64,000 nucleotides of DNA. It comes from an uncultured Acidobacteriota bacterium (GTDB lineage Bacteria > Acidobacteriota > Terriglobia > Acidiferrales > UBA7541). Of the stretch, positions 16,917 through 25,821 are shown piece after piece. Position 1 is the stretch's first letter; every line of letters starts with the position of its first letter. The stretch lies in the NCBI GenBank assembly GCA_963703675.1, contig CAVPFH010000011.1:10565-74564 (forward strand), written 5' to 3'. The notes below the pieces were generated by a model. It was not told the origin of the DNA and did no database searches. It saw only the letters and a program-made list of their open reading frames with translations. The translations under genes and the position numbers were made by a program.

Positions 16917-17846
16917 TTATTTCCCAAACTGCTTGGGTGTTGGCACGTGATTCGCCACCGCCTGATACGCCAAACGAGTTTTGGCTTCCTCGATCTGTTC
17001 ATCCACTTTGGCAACCATGTCCTTGATCACGTCGCACCCGCGGCTTCGCTCTTCGTCCACGCGCATTTTCAATCGATATAAGTCCGACCGCATCAGCAAT
17101 TGCAGTTCCGCTTCTATCTCCGCCAATCGGCCTCGCGCCTGGCTGATCCGCCGAATCACGCGAATCAATTCCGCCGCAGGGCCCTCACCTTCGACAGCCT
17201 CAGGCCTCCAGTCATATTCGGTGAAGATTTTTACCAGTTTGGCTTCGTCGCCGCGCTCGTAGGCCTCGTTTGCGTCGGCCATGAGTTGTTGCCGTGTGGC
17301 TCGATCCTGCCGGTCGGAGGTCAAGTCAGGATGTATGCGCTTGGCCACCTCGCGATAGAGCCGCTTCATTTCTGGTGACGCTTCAAACGCACACGGTGAC
17401 ACACTCGCTTTTTCACCGGCGACGGATTTTGTTTGACTGGCGCGAGCGCGTGCTTCCCGTGCGGCCTTCTGCGCGCGCTCGTTCGAAGGCTGCTGTTTGG
17501 CTGCACGCTCGGTGATGGCAGCCTTCAGTTCGTCAAGTTCCGCATAGCGTGATCCGACGTGATGCAAGTATTGGCGCTCGAAAGCGCTCAATTCTGCGCG
17601 CAAGTTGGCGGAGCGCAGCTCGCGTTCTGCCAATTCGGTTTCAAGCTTCGCCTGTTCTTCGAGTTTGCGCGCCAGCTCCTGCTCTTCCGGATTCAGTTGC
17701 GGAGATAACACGGAATTCTTGAGCGAAGACCACCAGGATTTCGGACGCGCATCCGCGCCAGGTTGAGCGGTTGGCGCAGGATGCGCTCGGGCGTTTGACC
17801 CAACTTCCTTCTGGGTCTCAGGAATATCTGTAGTTTTGAGCGGCAT
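16917..17846 (-). CDS. J-domain (DnaJ-like) coiled-coil protein
   Basis: 309 aa. Central J domain with an intact HPD (MKRLYREVAKRIHPDLTSDRQDRATRQQLMADANEAYERGD), flanked by heptad-rich helices. No G/F region, zinc finger or DnaJ C-terminal domain. Confidence 0.75.
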   Translation of the reverse strand: MPLKTTDIPETQKEVGSNARAHPAPTAQPGADARPKSWWSSLKNSVLSPQLNPEEQELARKLEEQAKLETELAERELRSANLRAELSAFERQYLHHVGSRYAELDELKAAITERAAKQQPSNERAQKAAREARARASQTKSVAGEKASVSPCAFEASPEMKRLYREVAKRIHPDLTSDRQDRATRQQLMADANEAYERGDEAKLVKIFTEYDWRPEAVEGEGPAAELIRVIRRISQARGRLAEIEAELQLLMRSDLYRLKMRVDEERSRGCDVIKDMVAKVDEQIEEAKTRLAYQAVANHVPTPKQFGK

Positions 17847-18250
17847 GCAATTGGCCCTTTGAACTACGCCGTCTCATCCGCGCCCGGTAAGCGCAAGGGC
17901 TACGGCCGAGACCGCCTAATGAATTGTAAGACGCGGAGCGTTCCGCGGCGGGCCTGTCCGCATGGCGGGTTTCCAGAAGGTGAAGACTGCCCAAAGGTAC
18001 AGGGTGGCACCATCCGGCACGTTAGGCAGCGTCGCACAGACGCCAATTTGGCAGCGTTGCCCGGCCGGCGGCGCCTTTTGCTGTCCTTTGCGCTGTGCGC
18101 GCGTCTTTCTATAATCGCCCATGACACCATGGTCCGTAGGAGCGCCGTCGGCTGCGCCCCAGCTTGGCAAAGTGTTCAGATCTCAGAGACCGGGTGGGAA
18201 CAATTCGGCGCATTTGGCCCGAACCTTGTGAGAATCGAGGAGAAACCGCA

Positions 18251-18784
18251 GTGAGCGAGACGCCTCAGCAATACATCCAGAGAATCCTGGGCCACGTGGA
18301 AGGCCAGCAGCCGCTAAGGATTCAAGCCGCCACAGCAGCGAAAATCGCACGTTTGCTGCAAGGTGTGCCGTCGTCGAAGTTGCGCGAACGCCCGGCGCCG
18401 CGGGAGTGGTCGATAACGGAAATTGTCACGCACCTGGTTGATGCCGAAATCGTCGGTGCGTATCGCATGCGCACGATTTTAGGCACGCCCGGGGTGAACA
18501 TCGCCGCGTACGATCAAGATGTTTGGATTAAATCCGGGCATTATGACAAGCGAGACGTACGCAGGTCGCTGGAGCAGTTCCGGGCGATCCGCGAAGCCAA
18601 CCTGGCGTTATTGAAGACGTTAACGCGCGAACAATGGAAGTATTACGGAATGCACGCCGAACGCGGGCAGGAAACCATTGAACATATCGTGCGCATGTTC
18701 GCCGGCCACGATATCAATCACCTGAAGCAGATCGAGCAGATTGTTAAGCCGCCCAAGAAGGGAGCAACGGTAAAAAACCGTTAG
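18251..18784 (+). CDS. DinB-family (four-helix-bundle metal-dependent) protein
   Basis: GAGGAG RBS then GTG 18251. WSITEIVTHLVDAEIV...FAGHDINHLKQIEQI are DinB-superfamily His motifs. The ORF-track start at 18164 is probably too far upstream. Confidence 0.7.
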   Translation: MSETPQQYIQRILGHVEGQQPLRIQAATAAKIARLLQGVPSSKLRERPAPREWSITEIVTHLVDAEIVGAYRMRTILGTPGVNIAAYDQDVWIKSGHYDKRDVRRSLEQFRAIREANLALLKTLTREQWKYYGMHAERGQETIEHIVRMFAGHDINHLKQIEQIVKPPKKGATVKNR

Positions 18785-18817
18785 TCCTCAAAACCGGAGC
18801 AAAAAGTATTCGCGCGC

Positions 18818-18852
18818 AAAAAAACGGGCCCGATCTTCGCAGATCGTGCCCG
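18818..18852 (-). terminator. Rho-independent terminator downstream of carD
   Basis: On the minus strand, a 12-bp stem (CGGGCACGATCT/AGATCGGGCCCG, one mismatch) with a 4-nt loop is followed by a run of 7 T (plus-strand A run 18818-18824). It lies 18 nt after the carD stop. Confidence 0.6.
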
Positions 18853-18870
18853 GCCAGAGAGTTCGAAATG

Positions 18871-19392
18871 TTATTCAGGAATTGGCGCCGTTTCCGGCAT
18901 TTGAAGTTTGGCTTTGGCCAATGCACGAACCAGGTTGGCTTCAACAGCCGACTCGGACGTATTGCGCACGGTAGCGAGTTCACTGACGAGCAAATATTTT
19001 GCTCGCTCCAGCATTTTCTTTTCGCGGAAGGAAAGCGGCTTGGTGCGGCTGAGAGCTACCAAACCTTTTAGCACGGCGGCGACTTCCATCAGCGATCCCG
19101 TGCGCATCCGGTCTGAATTTTCTTTGAATCGATGTTTCCAATCATGGTGGGAAGCAGAGCGGCCCTTTTCCAAAAACGAAATCACTGCACCGGCCTGCGT
19201 ATTACGAATGATGGGGCGCAGGCCAACACACCCCACGTTCGTCTGCGGAACCATCACTTTTAAGCCGCTCGAAACGATCTTAAGCATGTAAAATCGCTCG
19301 GATCGTCCATTCACATATCCGTAACTAATCTGTTCGATGACACCGACCCCGTGATTTGGATATACGACTTTTTCGCCTAGCTTGAACTCCAT
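18871..19392 (-). CDS. carD: CarD/CdnL-family RNA-polymerase-binding transcription factor
   Basis: MEFKLGEKVVYPNHGVGVIEQI... is the CarD_CdnL_TRCF N-terminal domain. ATG 19392 preferred; the ORF track gives 19404. Confidence 0.85.
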   Translation of the reverse strand: MEFKLGEKVVYPNHGVGVIEQISYGYVNGRSERFYMLKIVSSGLKVMVPQTNVGCVGLRPIIRNTQAGAVISFLEKGRSASHHDWKHRFKENSDRMRTGSLMEVAAVLKGLVALSRTKPLSFREKKMLERAKYLLVSELATVRNTSESAVEANLVRALAKAKLQMPETAPIPE

Positions 19393-19556
19393 AGCTATGG
19401 ACATAAGTGGAAACGCCTCCCCGAAAAGCGTAGTTAAAGTTTAGGCACATGCGTCAAAAACGTCAAGATAAATGGGTGATTCAGAAGGGCGTCTCAAAAG
19501 CGAGAAACGTACTGTTTTCAGTAAGATTGGCCCCCAAATTGCCCTATAATGGTGCG

Positions 19557-20252
19557 GTGTTGATCCTTTCCTTGGACACCTCTTCACCCTCCGGAAGCGT
19601 TGCCGTTCTGCGGGACCATGCACTGATTGGTGTTATCTCCACGCGCGGCGAAGAAAACTACTCCTCGCGGATGTTTCGCCACCTTGAATTTCTCTTGAAG
19701 GATTTGGGCCTCGCGCTTGATCAGTTCGATTTGTTCGCCGTGTCGGCGGGCCCGGGCTCGTTTACCGGCCTGCGCGTTGGGCTCACCGCGGCAAAGGGCT
19801 GGGCCGAGGTTTACAAGAAACCAGTCGTCGGCGTAAGCGCCCTGGAAGCTGTCGCAATCCAGTCGCGAATGACGACCCCGATTGTCGTGCCGGTCCTCGA
19901 TGCGCGGCGGGGGCAAATTTATTTTGGATTTTATCGCCGAACGAATGAAGGATTAGCGCTCGATGGGGACGAATTCGTAGCGATGCCGGAAGAATTTGTT
20001 GCGAAACTGCGCGATGAAGCCCGCGATTTCACGGTGACGGTGGTCACGCCGGACGAACAACTGATTAGAGCATTAGCGTCGCACTTCGAACCAGGTTTCG
20101 CGGCGTTTGAGACCGCTTCCAGTTTGCTGGCGCCATTGATCGGCAATGTCGGCTACGAGCGGGCACTGCGCGGCAAAGTCAGTGACGCCCTCACGCTGGA
20201 TGCAAACTACATCCGCCGAACCGACGCGGAAATGCGTTGGAAGGACGGTTAG
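19557..20252 (+). CDS. tsaB: tRNA threonylcarbamoyladenosine biosynthesis protein TsaB
   Basis: (V)LILSLDTSSPSGSVAVL...GPGSFTGLRVGLTAAKGWA is the TsaB/YeaZ pattern. GTG 19557 preferred over the ORF-track start at 19449. Confidence 0.8.
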   Translation: MLILSLDTSSPSGSVAVLRDHALIGVISTRGEENYSSRMFRHLEFLLKDLGLALDQFDLFAVSAGPGSFTGLRVGLTAAKGWAEVYKKPVVGVSALEAVAIQSRMTTPIVVPVLDARRGQIYFGFYRRTNEGLALDGDEFVAMPEEFVAKLRDEARDFTVTVVTPDEQLIRALASHFEPGFAAFETASSLLAPLIGNVGYERALRGKVSDALTLDANYIRRTDAEMRWKDG

Positions 20253-20259
20253 AGGCTGG

Positions 20260-20694
20260 ATGATTCGAACCCTGGAAGGCCGCGACGTCGATTCCATCCT
20301 TTCAATCCAAAATGCGTGTCCTGAAATTGCTCAATGGACCGCCTGGGATTACGATCGCGCCGCCAAAGGCGAAATGGCTGGATGGGTAGCCGAAGAAGAC
20401 GGCCGGATAGTCGGGTTTCTGGTGGCGCGTCGCGTGGTCAGCGATCTTGAGATTCTGAATCTTGCTGTGGCTGAGGATACTCGACGCCGCGGCGTGGGCG
20501 CAGCACTGCTGAATGAAGTGCTGGGGTGGGCCGGTGCATTTCAAGCGACGCACGCAATATTGGAAGTGCGCGAATCGAATCTAGCCGCCTTGCATTTCTA
20601 CGAGCGCCGTAAGTTTAAAGTTGTGGGTCGCCGTGCTCGCTATTACACGGCGCCGATCGAGGATGCTCTGCTGCTGACTGCAAACCTGGAGTGA
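20260..20694 (+). CDS. rimI: Ribosomal-protein-alanine N-acetyltransferase (GNAT)
   Basis: MIRTLEGRDVDSILSIQ...ILNLAVAEDTRRRGVGAALL...LEVRESNLAALHFYERRKF. Sits immediately after tsaB, as in many bacteria. Confidence 0.8.
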   Translation: MIRTLEGRDVDSILSIQNACPEIAQWTAWDYDRAAKGEMAGWVAEEDGRIVGFLVARRVVSDLEILNLAVAEDTRRRGVGAALLNEVLGWAGAFQATHAILEVRESNLAALHFYERRKFKVVGRRARYYTAPIEDALLLTANLE

Positions 20695-20729
20695 CCGCAT
20701 CTGATTCTGTAACGTGACTATGAGGCCAA

Positions 20730-22100
20730 ATGCATCTTGAAGACGCCAGTTTGAGGCTCTTGAAGGACGCGCTACAAAAACTGGATAGCGGATTCGCTGC
20801 GCTGCCGTCGATCGCAAATGATTTCGGGCAGGATGCACGCCTCGCCGAAGTGATGGACGAGGTCGCTACCAAGCTGCAAAATAATTACCCGTACTTTCAT
20901 CCGCTGTATGCCGGGCAAATGCTAAAGCCCCCGCACCCGGTTGCGCGCCTTGCCTACGCGCTGGCTATGTGGATTAATCCCAATAACCACGCTCTCGACG
21001 GCGGCCGCGCCAGTTCAGCGATGGAAAACGAAGCTGTCGCGCAAATCGCGGGGATGTTTGGCTGGAAAGAATATCTGGGTCACCTTTGCGGCGGCGGAAC
21101 GATGGCGAATTTGGAAGCGCTGTGGGTGGCGGGTCAACTTCGTCCCGGCAAGAAAATTGTCGCCTCCGATCAGTCTCATTACACGCACCGTCGAATTTCT
21201 GCGGTTCTGCAATTGCCGTTTGCCGACGTGCCTTCGGACAACCGCGGCCGCATGGACACAAGAGCTCTGGAACAATTGCTGCAAACAGGCGAGGTGGGCT
21301 GCGTTGTAGCCACGCTCGGAACCACGGGAACCGGTTCAGTCGATCCCTTGGCGGAAATTCTTCGAATGCGAGAGCGTTACGGTTTTCGAGTGCACGTCGA
21401 TTCCGCGTATGGCGGATATTTTGCGCTTGCTTCGAGTCTTTCTGCCGAAACCCGTGCAAGCTTTGACCTGATCGGCCGCGCGGATTCCATTGTGATTGAC
21501 CCGCACAAGCACGGATTACAGCCCTATGGTTGTGGCTGCGTCCTGTTTCGCGATGCAAGCGTCGGCGCAATGTACAAACACGAATCGCCCTTCACATATT
21601 TCAGTTCTTCCGATCTTCATCTAGGCGAGATCAGTCTGGAATGTTCGCGCCCGGGGGCTTCGGCGGTGGCGCTTTGGGCGACTCAACGGCTGTTGCCGTT
21701 GGTGCGAGACGGGGAATTTGCTGCAACGCTCGATGCGTCACTGGATGCGGCGGCGACGTTTTCGAAGCGGCTGGCGAGTGACGAACGATGGCTTGTGCCC
21801 TTTACTCCGGAGCTGGACATTGTGGTGTGGGCACCGCGAGCACAGTCGGCCCGTGAAACTTCAGAATTGTCGCAACTTGTCTACGATGCTGCGGCGAAGG
21901 AAAATCTGCACCTCGCGCTGGTTCGCCTGCCGGCGAGATTTTTCACCTCGCAACGAGAACCTACTCATTCCTATAGCGATACGATTCTATGTTTGCGATC
22001 GGTATTGATGAAGCCTGAACACCGCGGCTGGCTCGAACACATCTGGTCGATTTTGAACCATGCCGCCGACGAGGTTCGTATTCGACACACCACAAAGTGA
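20730..22100 (+). CDS. Group II pyridoxal-phosphate-dependent decarboxylase
   Basis: 456 aa. GGTMANLEALWVA, HVDSAYGGY and DPHKHGLQPYGCGCVLFRD (PLP-lysine HK) motifs. Substrate not assignable. Confidence 0.75.
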   Translation: MHLEDASLRLLKDALQKLDSGFAALPSIANDFGQDARLAEVMDEVATKLQNNYPYFHPLYAGQMLKPPHPVARLAYALAMWINPNNHALDGGRASSAMENEAVAQIAGMFGWKEYLGHLCGGGTMANLEALWVAGQLRPGKKIVASDQSHYTHRRISAVLQLPFADVPSDNRGRMDTRALEQLLQTGEVGCVVATLGTTGTGSVDPLAEILRMRERYGFRVHVDSAYGGYFALASSLSAETRASFDLIGRADSIVIDPHKHGLQPYGCGCVLFRDASVGAMYKHESPFTYFSSSDLHLGEISLECSRPGASAVALWATQRLLPLVRDGEFAATLDASLDAAATFSKRLASDERWLVPFTPELDIVVWAPRAQSARETSELSQLVYDAAAKENLHLALVRLPARFFTSQREPTHSYSDTILCLRSVLMKPEHRGWLEHIWSILNHAADEVRIRHTTK

Positions 22101-22261
22101 ATGAGTGCTAAGTCCAGTCAGCCTAGGCCCGAGGAACTTGCTCTTGCGGGGCGGCCGCCGAGCCCAGTAACTTACTAAGGCATCTTGCCTATTGGCTTTC
22201 ACAGCCGCAATGTGGTAATTGTTACGGTTATGTGAACGACGCTCCAACCAGGAGGGTATGG

Positions 22262-22516
22262 ATGCCGATTACGACGCACGATATCCGAAAGTCCCTGATG
22301 GAATCGAATCAAGAATATCGCCGCCTCTACGAAGAATACTCCCGCTGTGAATGCCGGCTTCAAGAACTCGTCAGACAATCTTACTGGAACGTGGAAGACC
22401 TCGAGATGGAAGTCTCGCTCAAAAAAATGAAGCTTCATCTCAAGGATATGATGGAGCTGATGGTGGCGAGTTATCGTCATCACCAGCAGGCTCATCAACA
22501 ACAAATTCATCTGTAA
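22262..22516 (+). CDS. DUF465 (YdcH-like) small coiled-coil protein
   Basis: GGAGGG RBS, then ATG 22262. ...NQEYRRLYEEYSRCECRLQEL...DLEMEVSLKKMKLHLKDMM is the DUF465 pattern. Confidence 0.7.
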   Translation: MPITTHDIRKSLMESNQEYRRLYEEYSRCECRLQELVRQSYWNVEDLEMEVSLKKMKLHLKDMMELMVASYRHHQQAHQQQIHL

Positions 22517-22788
22517 GCCGCGTTCGGTCCTCGAAGTTCTGTCGTACAATAATCACGCGCTCGAAGCTTACCTTGTAACAGCCGACGGACACACTGCTTG
22601 TGTCGCCGAAGTCATTCATAATGCGAGCCACTGAGGCATTGCCGTAAAAAATTATTGACTGTTATATATTGCAAGAAATCGAGGCACTGTACGGATTCCG
22701 CAAGAGAACATCGCGATTGGCATTCCGTAGGGCAATCCTCCCGCGGAATCGACCGTTCCCGCGCTAAACAGAGGACCCCATCAACGTC

Positions 22789-23409
22789 ATGATTAAGGAC
22801 GCTTATCGCTTCGCACTGCCGCCGCTCATAACCGGCGCGCTCTGCTTCATTCCCGGCTGGAAATGGGCCGGCGGCATCCTGATTTTCCTGGGTCTTTTCA
22901 TTTTTTATTTCTTCCGCGATCCGCAGCGCACCATTCCTTCCGAACCGGGCCTGGTGGTTTCCCCGGCTGACGGTCATGTAATCGAAATCGTAGACGAGCT
23001 ATTCGACACCCGCATGGGCCGTCGCATCACTATTTTTCTTTCCATCTGGGACGTACACGTGCAACGCGCGCCTGTGGCCGGGCGCGTCACCGGTGTAGTT
23101 TACCGCCCGGGCCGTTTTTACGCCGCGATGCGCAAAGCTGCCTCCCGCGAAAACGAACAGAACATCATTTCCATTGACACGCCTGCCGGGTGTTTAATCT
23201 TCAAACAAATCGCCGGAGCAATCGCGCGCCGCGTGATATGCTGGAAACACGAAGGCGAAGAAGTTTCGCTCGGCGAACGCGTCGGCCTGATTCGCTTCGG
23301 CTCCCGCGTGGATGTGTGGCTGCCGCTGGAATCGCAAGTAGTCGTAAAGCGCGGGCAAAAAGTAAAAGGCGGCGAGAGCATACTGGCGAAATGGAATTCA
23401 ACGGCATAG
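22789..23409 (+). CDS. psd: Phosphatidylserine decarboxylase proenzyme (short, Asd-type)
   Basis: 206 aa. Two N-terminal TM helices, VSPADGHV, VHVQRAPVAG and the FGSRVD self-cleavage (G-S) motif. Confidence 0.85.
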   Translation: MIKDAYRFALPPLITGALCFIPGWKWAGGILIFLGLFIFYFFRDPQRTIPSEPGLVVSPADGHVIEIVDELFDTRMGRRITIFLSIWDVHVQRAPVAGRVTGVVYRPGRFYAAMRKAASRENEQNIISIDTPAGCLIFKQIAGAIARRVICWKHEGEEVSLGERVGLIRFGSRVDVWLPLESQVVVKRGQKVKGGESILAKWNSTA

Positions 23410-24227
23410 ACCCCATCGGACACGAAGAAGGCCCCCGTCGTCCGTTCCGCAGCAACCGACTCCGTCGTGGTGTTTACCTCCTCCCCAGCGCATTTACCGT
23501 CGCGAATATGTTGTGCGGTTATTATGCGGTCCTCGCCGTCTTGGATGGAAAAATCACGGATTTCGATAATGCCGCAGTCGCGATCGGTCTGGCCTGGGCG
23601 TTCGATTCGCTGGACGGCCGCATCGCCCGCGCCATGAAAATGGAAAGCGAATTCGGCAAGGAATTCGATTCACTCGCGGACATCGTCAGCTTTGGCATTG
23701 CGCCCGCCTTACTCGCATACGCGTGGGGAATTCGGGCCATGGCTGCAGCCAATGCGCCCGAAGCGCTGCACTTGACGCAGCTGGGCTGGCTGATCGGCTT
23801 TATCTACTTGGCCTGCTGCGCGTGGCGCCTCGCGCGTTTCAATATTCAAGGGATGGCCCCAGGCGCTGGCAATAAGTATTTCGCCGGTATGCCCACACCA
23901 GCCGCGGCAGGAATGATTGCGGCCACAGTTCACTTCGCGCACGGACATCCTCTCGAGGACGTTCGCGTGACGGTGCTTTGGCTAGCGCTGGTGGTTGTAC
24001 TAGGTGTTTTCATGTCCAGCACGATTCGATATTTCAGCTTCAAAGACATTCCGCTGACTCGCCGTCAACCATCGCTTGCCGTCGTACTCCTGGCTTTGCT
24101 CGTTGGCGCGGTCGTCTATTTCTCGCATCAAACTCTTCTCGCAGTCGCCGCGGTTTATACTTTCCACGGTCCGGTAATGCAGCTGGTGCGCACGGTGCGC
24201 CACCGGCTCGCATCACGCGCCGCCTAG
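23391..24227 (+). CDS. pssA: CDP-diacylglycerol--serine O-phosphatidyltransferase
   Basis: CDP-alcohol phosphatidyltransferase motif DSLDGRIARAMKMESEFGKEFDSLAD. ATG 23391 preferred (19-nt overlap with psd). The ORF-track start at 23190 lies inside psd. Confidence 0.85.
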   Translation: MEFNGIDPIGHEEGPRRPFRSNRLRRGVYLLPSAFTVANMLCGYYAVLAVLDGKITDFDNAAVAIGLAWAFDSLDGRIARAMKMESEFGKEFDSLADIVSFGIAPALLAYAWGIRAMAAANAPEALHLTQLGWLIGFIYLACCAWRLARFNIQGMAPGAGNKYFAGMPTPAAAGMIAATVHFAHGHPLEDVRVTVLWLALVVVLGVFMSSTIRYFSFKDIPLTRRQPSLAVVLLALLVGAVVYFSHQTLLAVAAVYTFHGPVMQLVRTVRHRLASRAA

Positions 24228-24230
24228 ACC

Positions 24231-25304
24231 ATGCCCCACGGGCAAGACAGATCCAATCGCGTCGCCATCGTGGGCGCCTCCTCGCTGCGCGGCAAGGAAC
24301 TCAAAACCGTTCTCGAAGAGCGCGATTTTCCCGCGGGCGGAATTGTGCTACTCGACGAACCAGTCCTGGCTGGAACGCTGACCGAAGCCGCGGGTGAGCC
24401 GACTTTTATTCGCGCGCTGACGAAAGAAAGCTTCGAAGGAGCAGCTTTTGCCTTCTTCACCGGTTCGCAGCGCGACGCGGAACAGAACTGGCAAGCAGCA
24501 AAGGCGTCTGGCGCCACGGTGATCGATCTTACCGGTGCCCTGGCGGCGAGTGGCCGATCGACGTCGTGGATTCCAGCGCTTTCCACCGTGCTGCTCCCGC
24601 GTCCGGGAGCACACGCAAGCGAAGCTGCTGCAGCCGGACGGGCTGAAAATCATGCGACTCCTACGATCGCATATTCGTCGCCGGGTTCGGGAGTCATCAT
24701 CGCTTGCACCGTCGCGGCGGCTCTTTCGAAGTTTTCGCCGCTGCGCACGATCGTGCTGCTGTTTCCCCCGGTTTCCGAACGCGACCAAGCTGGCCTGGAC
24801 GAACTAGAGGCCCAAACCACCGCCTTACTCTCGTTCCGACCGATCGCCCAAACCGTCTTCGACGCACAAGTGGCGTTCAACCTCCTGGCCGGCTATGGAG
24901 AGGAGTGCCAACCGAGCCTCGCAGAATTGCGTGCCGGAATCGCGCGTGACGTTGCGGAATATCTTGCCGGCCGCGCGAATGCACCGGCAATTCAATTAGT
25001 GCAAGCTCCGGTTTTTTACGGCTACGCTTTCGCGATGTATGCGGAATTCGCGCCGCCTCAGTCCACAGAGCAGATCGAGCTTGCGTTTGCATCGGTAGGC
25101 ATGAAGGTTGGTGCACCGGGAGACCCTCCGCCGAGCAACGTCAGCGTAACCGCGGAAAACGAAATACATCTAGCGCGCATCGAATCTGATCCGAATGTTT
25201 CGGCCGGGGTTTGGATCTGGGGCGTAGCCGACAATCTGCGCCTGGCAGCCGTGAACGCCGTGCGCATCGCGGAGGAGTTGGTTGCAAAACCGCCCGTTCA
25301 GTAA
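24231..25304 (+). CDS. Aspartate-semialdehyde-dehydrogenase-family protein, apparently lacking the catalytic His/Arg
   Basis: N-terminal Rossmann segment (RVAIVGASSLRGKEL) and the Asd C-terminal signature (GVADNLRLAAVNAVRIAEEL). A Cys is present (IIACTV). The segment I align by eye to RVPVFSGHSESVYIE reads QAPVFYGYAFAMYAE. Confidence 0.6.
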   Translation: MPHGQDRSNRVAIVGASSLRGKELKTVLEERDFPAGGIVLLDEPVLAGTLTEAAGEPTFIRALTKESFEGAAFAFFTGSQRDAEQNWQAAKASGATVIDLTGALAASGRSTSWIPALSTVLLPRPGAHASEAAAAGRAENHATPTIAYSSPGSGVIIACTVAAALSKFSPLRTIVLLFPPVSERDQAGLDELEAQTTALLSFRPIAQTVFDAQVAFNLLAGYGEECQPSLAELRAGIARDVAEYLAGRANAPAIQLVQAPVFYGYAFAMYAEFAPPQSTEQIELAFASVGMKVGAPGDPPPSNVSVTAENEIHLARIESDPNVSAGVWIWGVADNLRLAAVNAVRIAEELVAKPPVQ

Positions 25305-25821
25305 GAACTTCGACGCTGTCCTCGCGCTGGCTGCTGCGGTGATTCTTGCTGGTTGCGGTTATCACGTGGCCGGCCGAGCCGCGAATCTGCCGTCTGACTG
25401 GAAAACGATCGCGATTCCTGCATTCAAGAACGACACGACGCGCTATCGTATCGAGCAGCGTTTTACAGCGGCGGTAATCCGGCAATTCCTGGAACGCACC
25501 AAATTTCACATCGTGCAAGATCCAAAGGCCGCGGACGCTGTTCTGCACGGCGAAGTGATCTCAATTGAAACCGACCCGGTGCTTTTCGACGTAAGAACGG
25601 GAGAAGTGACGACCATGCTGGTCGCGGTACACACCAAAGTCGAGCTGATAGACAATCAATCCCAGAAAACGGTGTATCAGAACAACGACATGGTTTTCCG
25701 CGATGAATACCAGATCTCATCCGACGTGCAGAGCTTCTTCGAAGAGCAAGACCCAGCGCTAGAGCGGATGTCGCGTGATTTCGCTTCGCAACTGGTTTCG
25801 AACGTAACGGAGAAGTTCTAA
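25282..25821 (+). CDS. lptE: LPS-assembly lipoprotein LptE
   Basis: Lipobox (VILAGCGYHVAG) and the LptE-like fold pattern. Position immediately upstream of holA is as in the E. coli lptE-holA arrangement. TTG start overlaps the previous gene. Confidence 0.7.
   Translation: MQNRPFSKNFDAVLALAAAVILAGCGYHVAGRAANLPSDWKTIAIPAFKNDTTRYRIEQRFTAAVIRQFLERTKFHIVQDPKAADAVLHGEVISIETDPVLFDVRTGEVTTMLVAVHTKVELIDNQSQKTVYQNNDMVFRDEYQISSDVQSFFEEQDPALERMSRDFASQLVSNVTEKF

Noticed and set aside
17950-18060. SRP (4.5S) RNA-like string CCAGAAGGUGAAGACUGCC, resembling the GGAAGGAAGCAGCC domain IV motif.
   Set aside because: Only a partial match to one side of the conserved loop. I could not find a complementary 3' strand or the closing helix.
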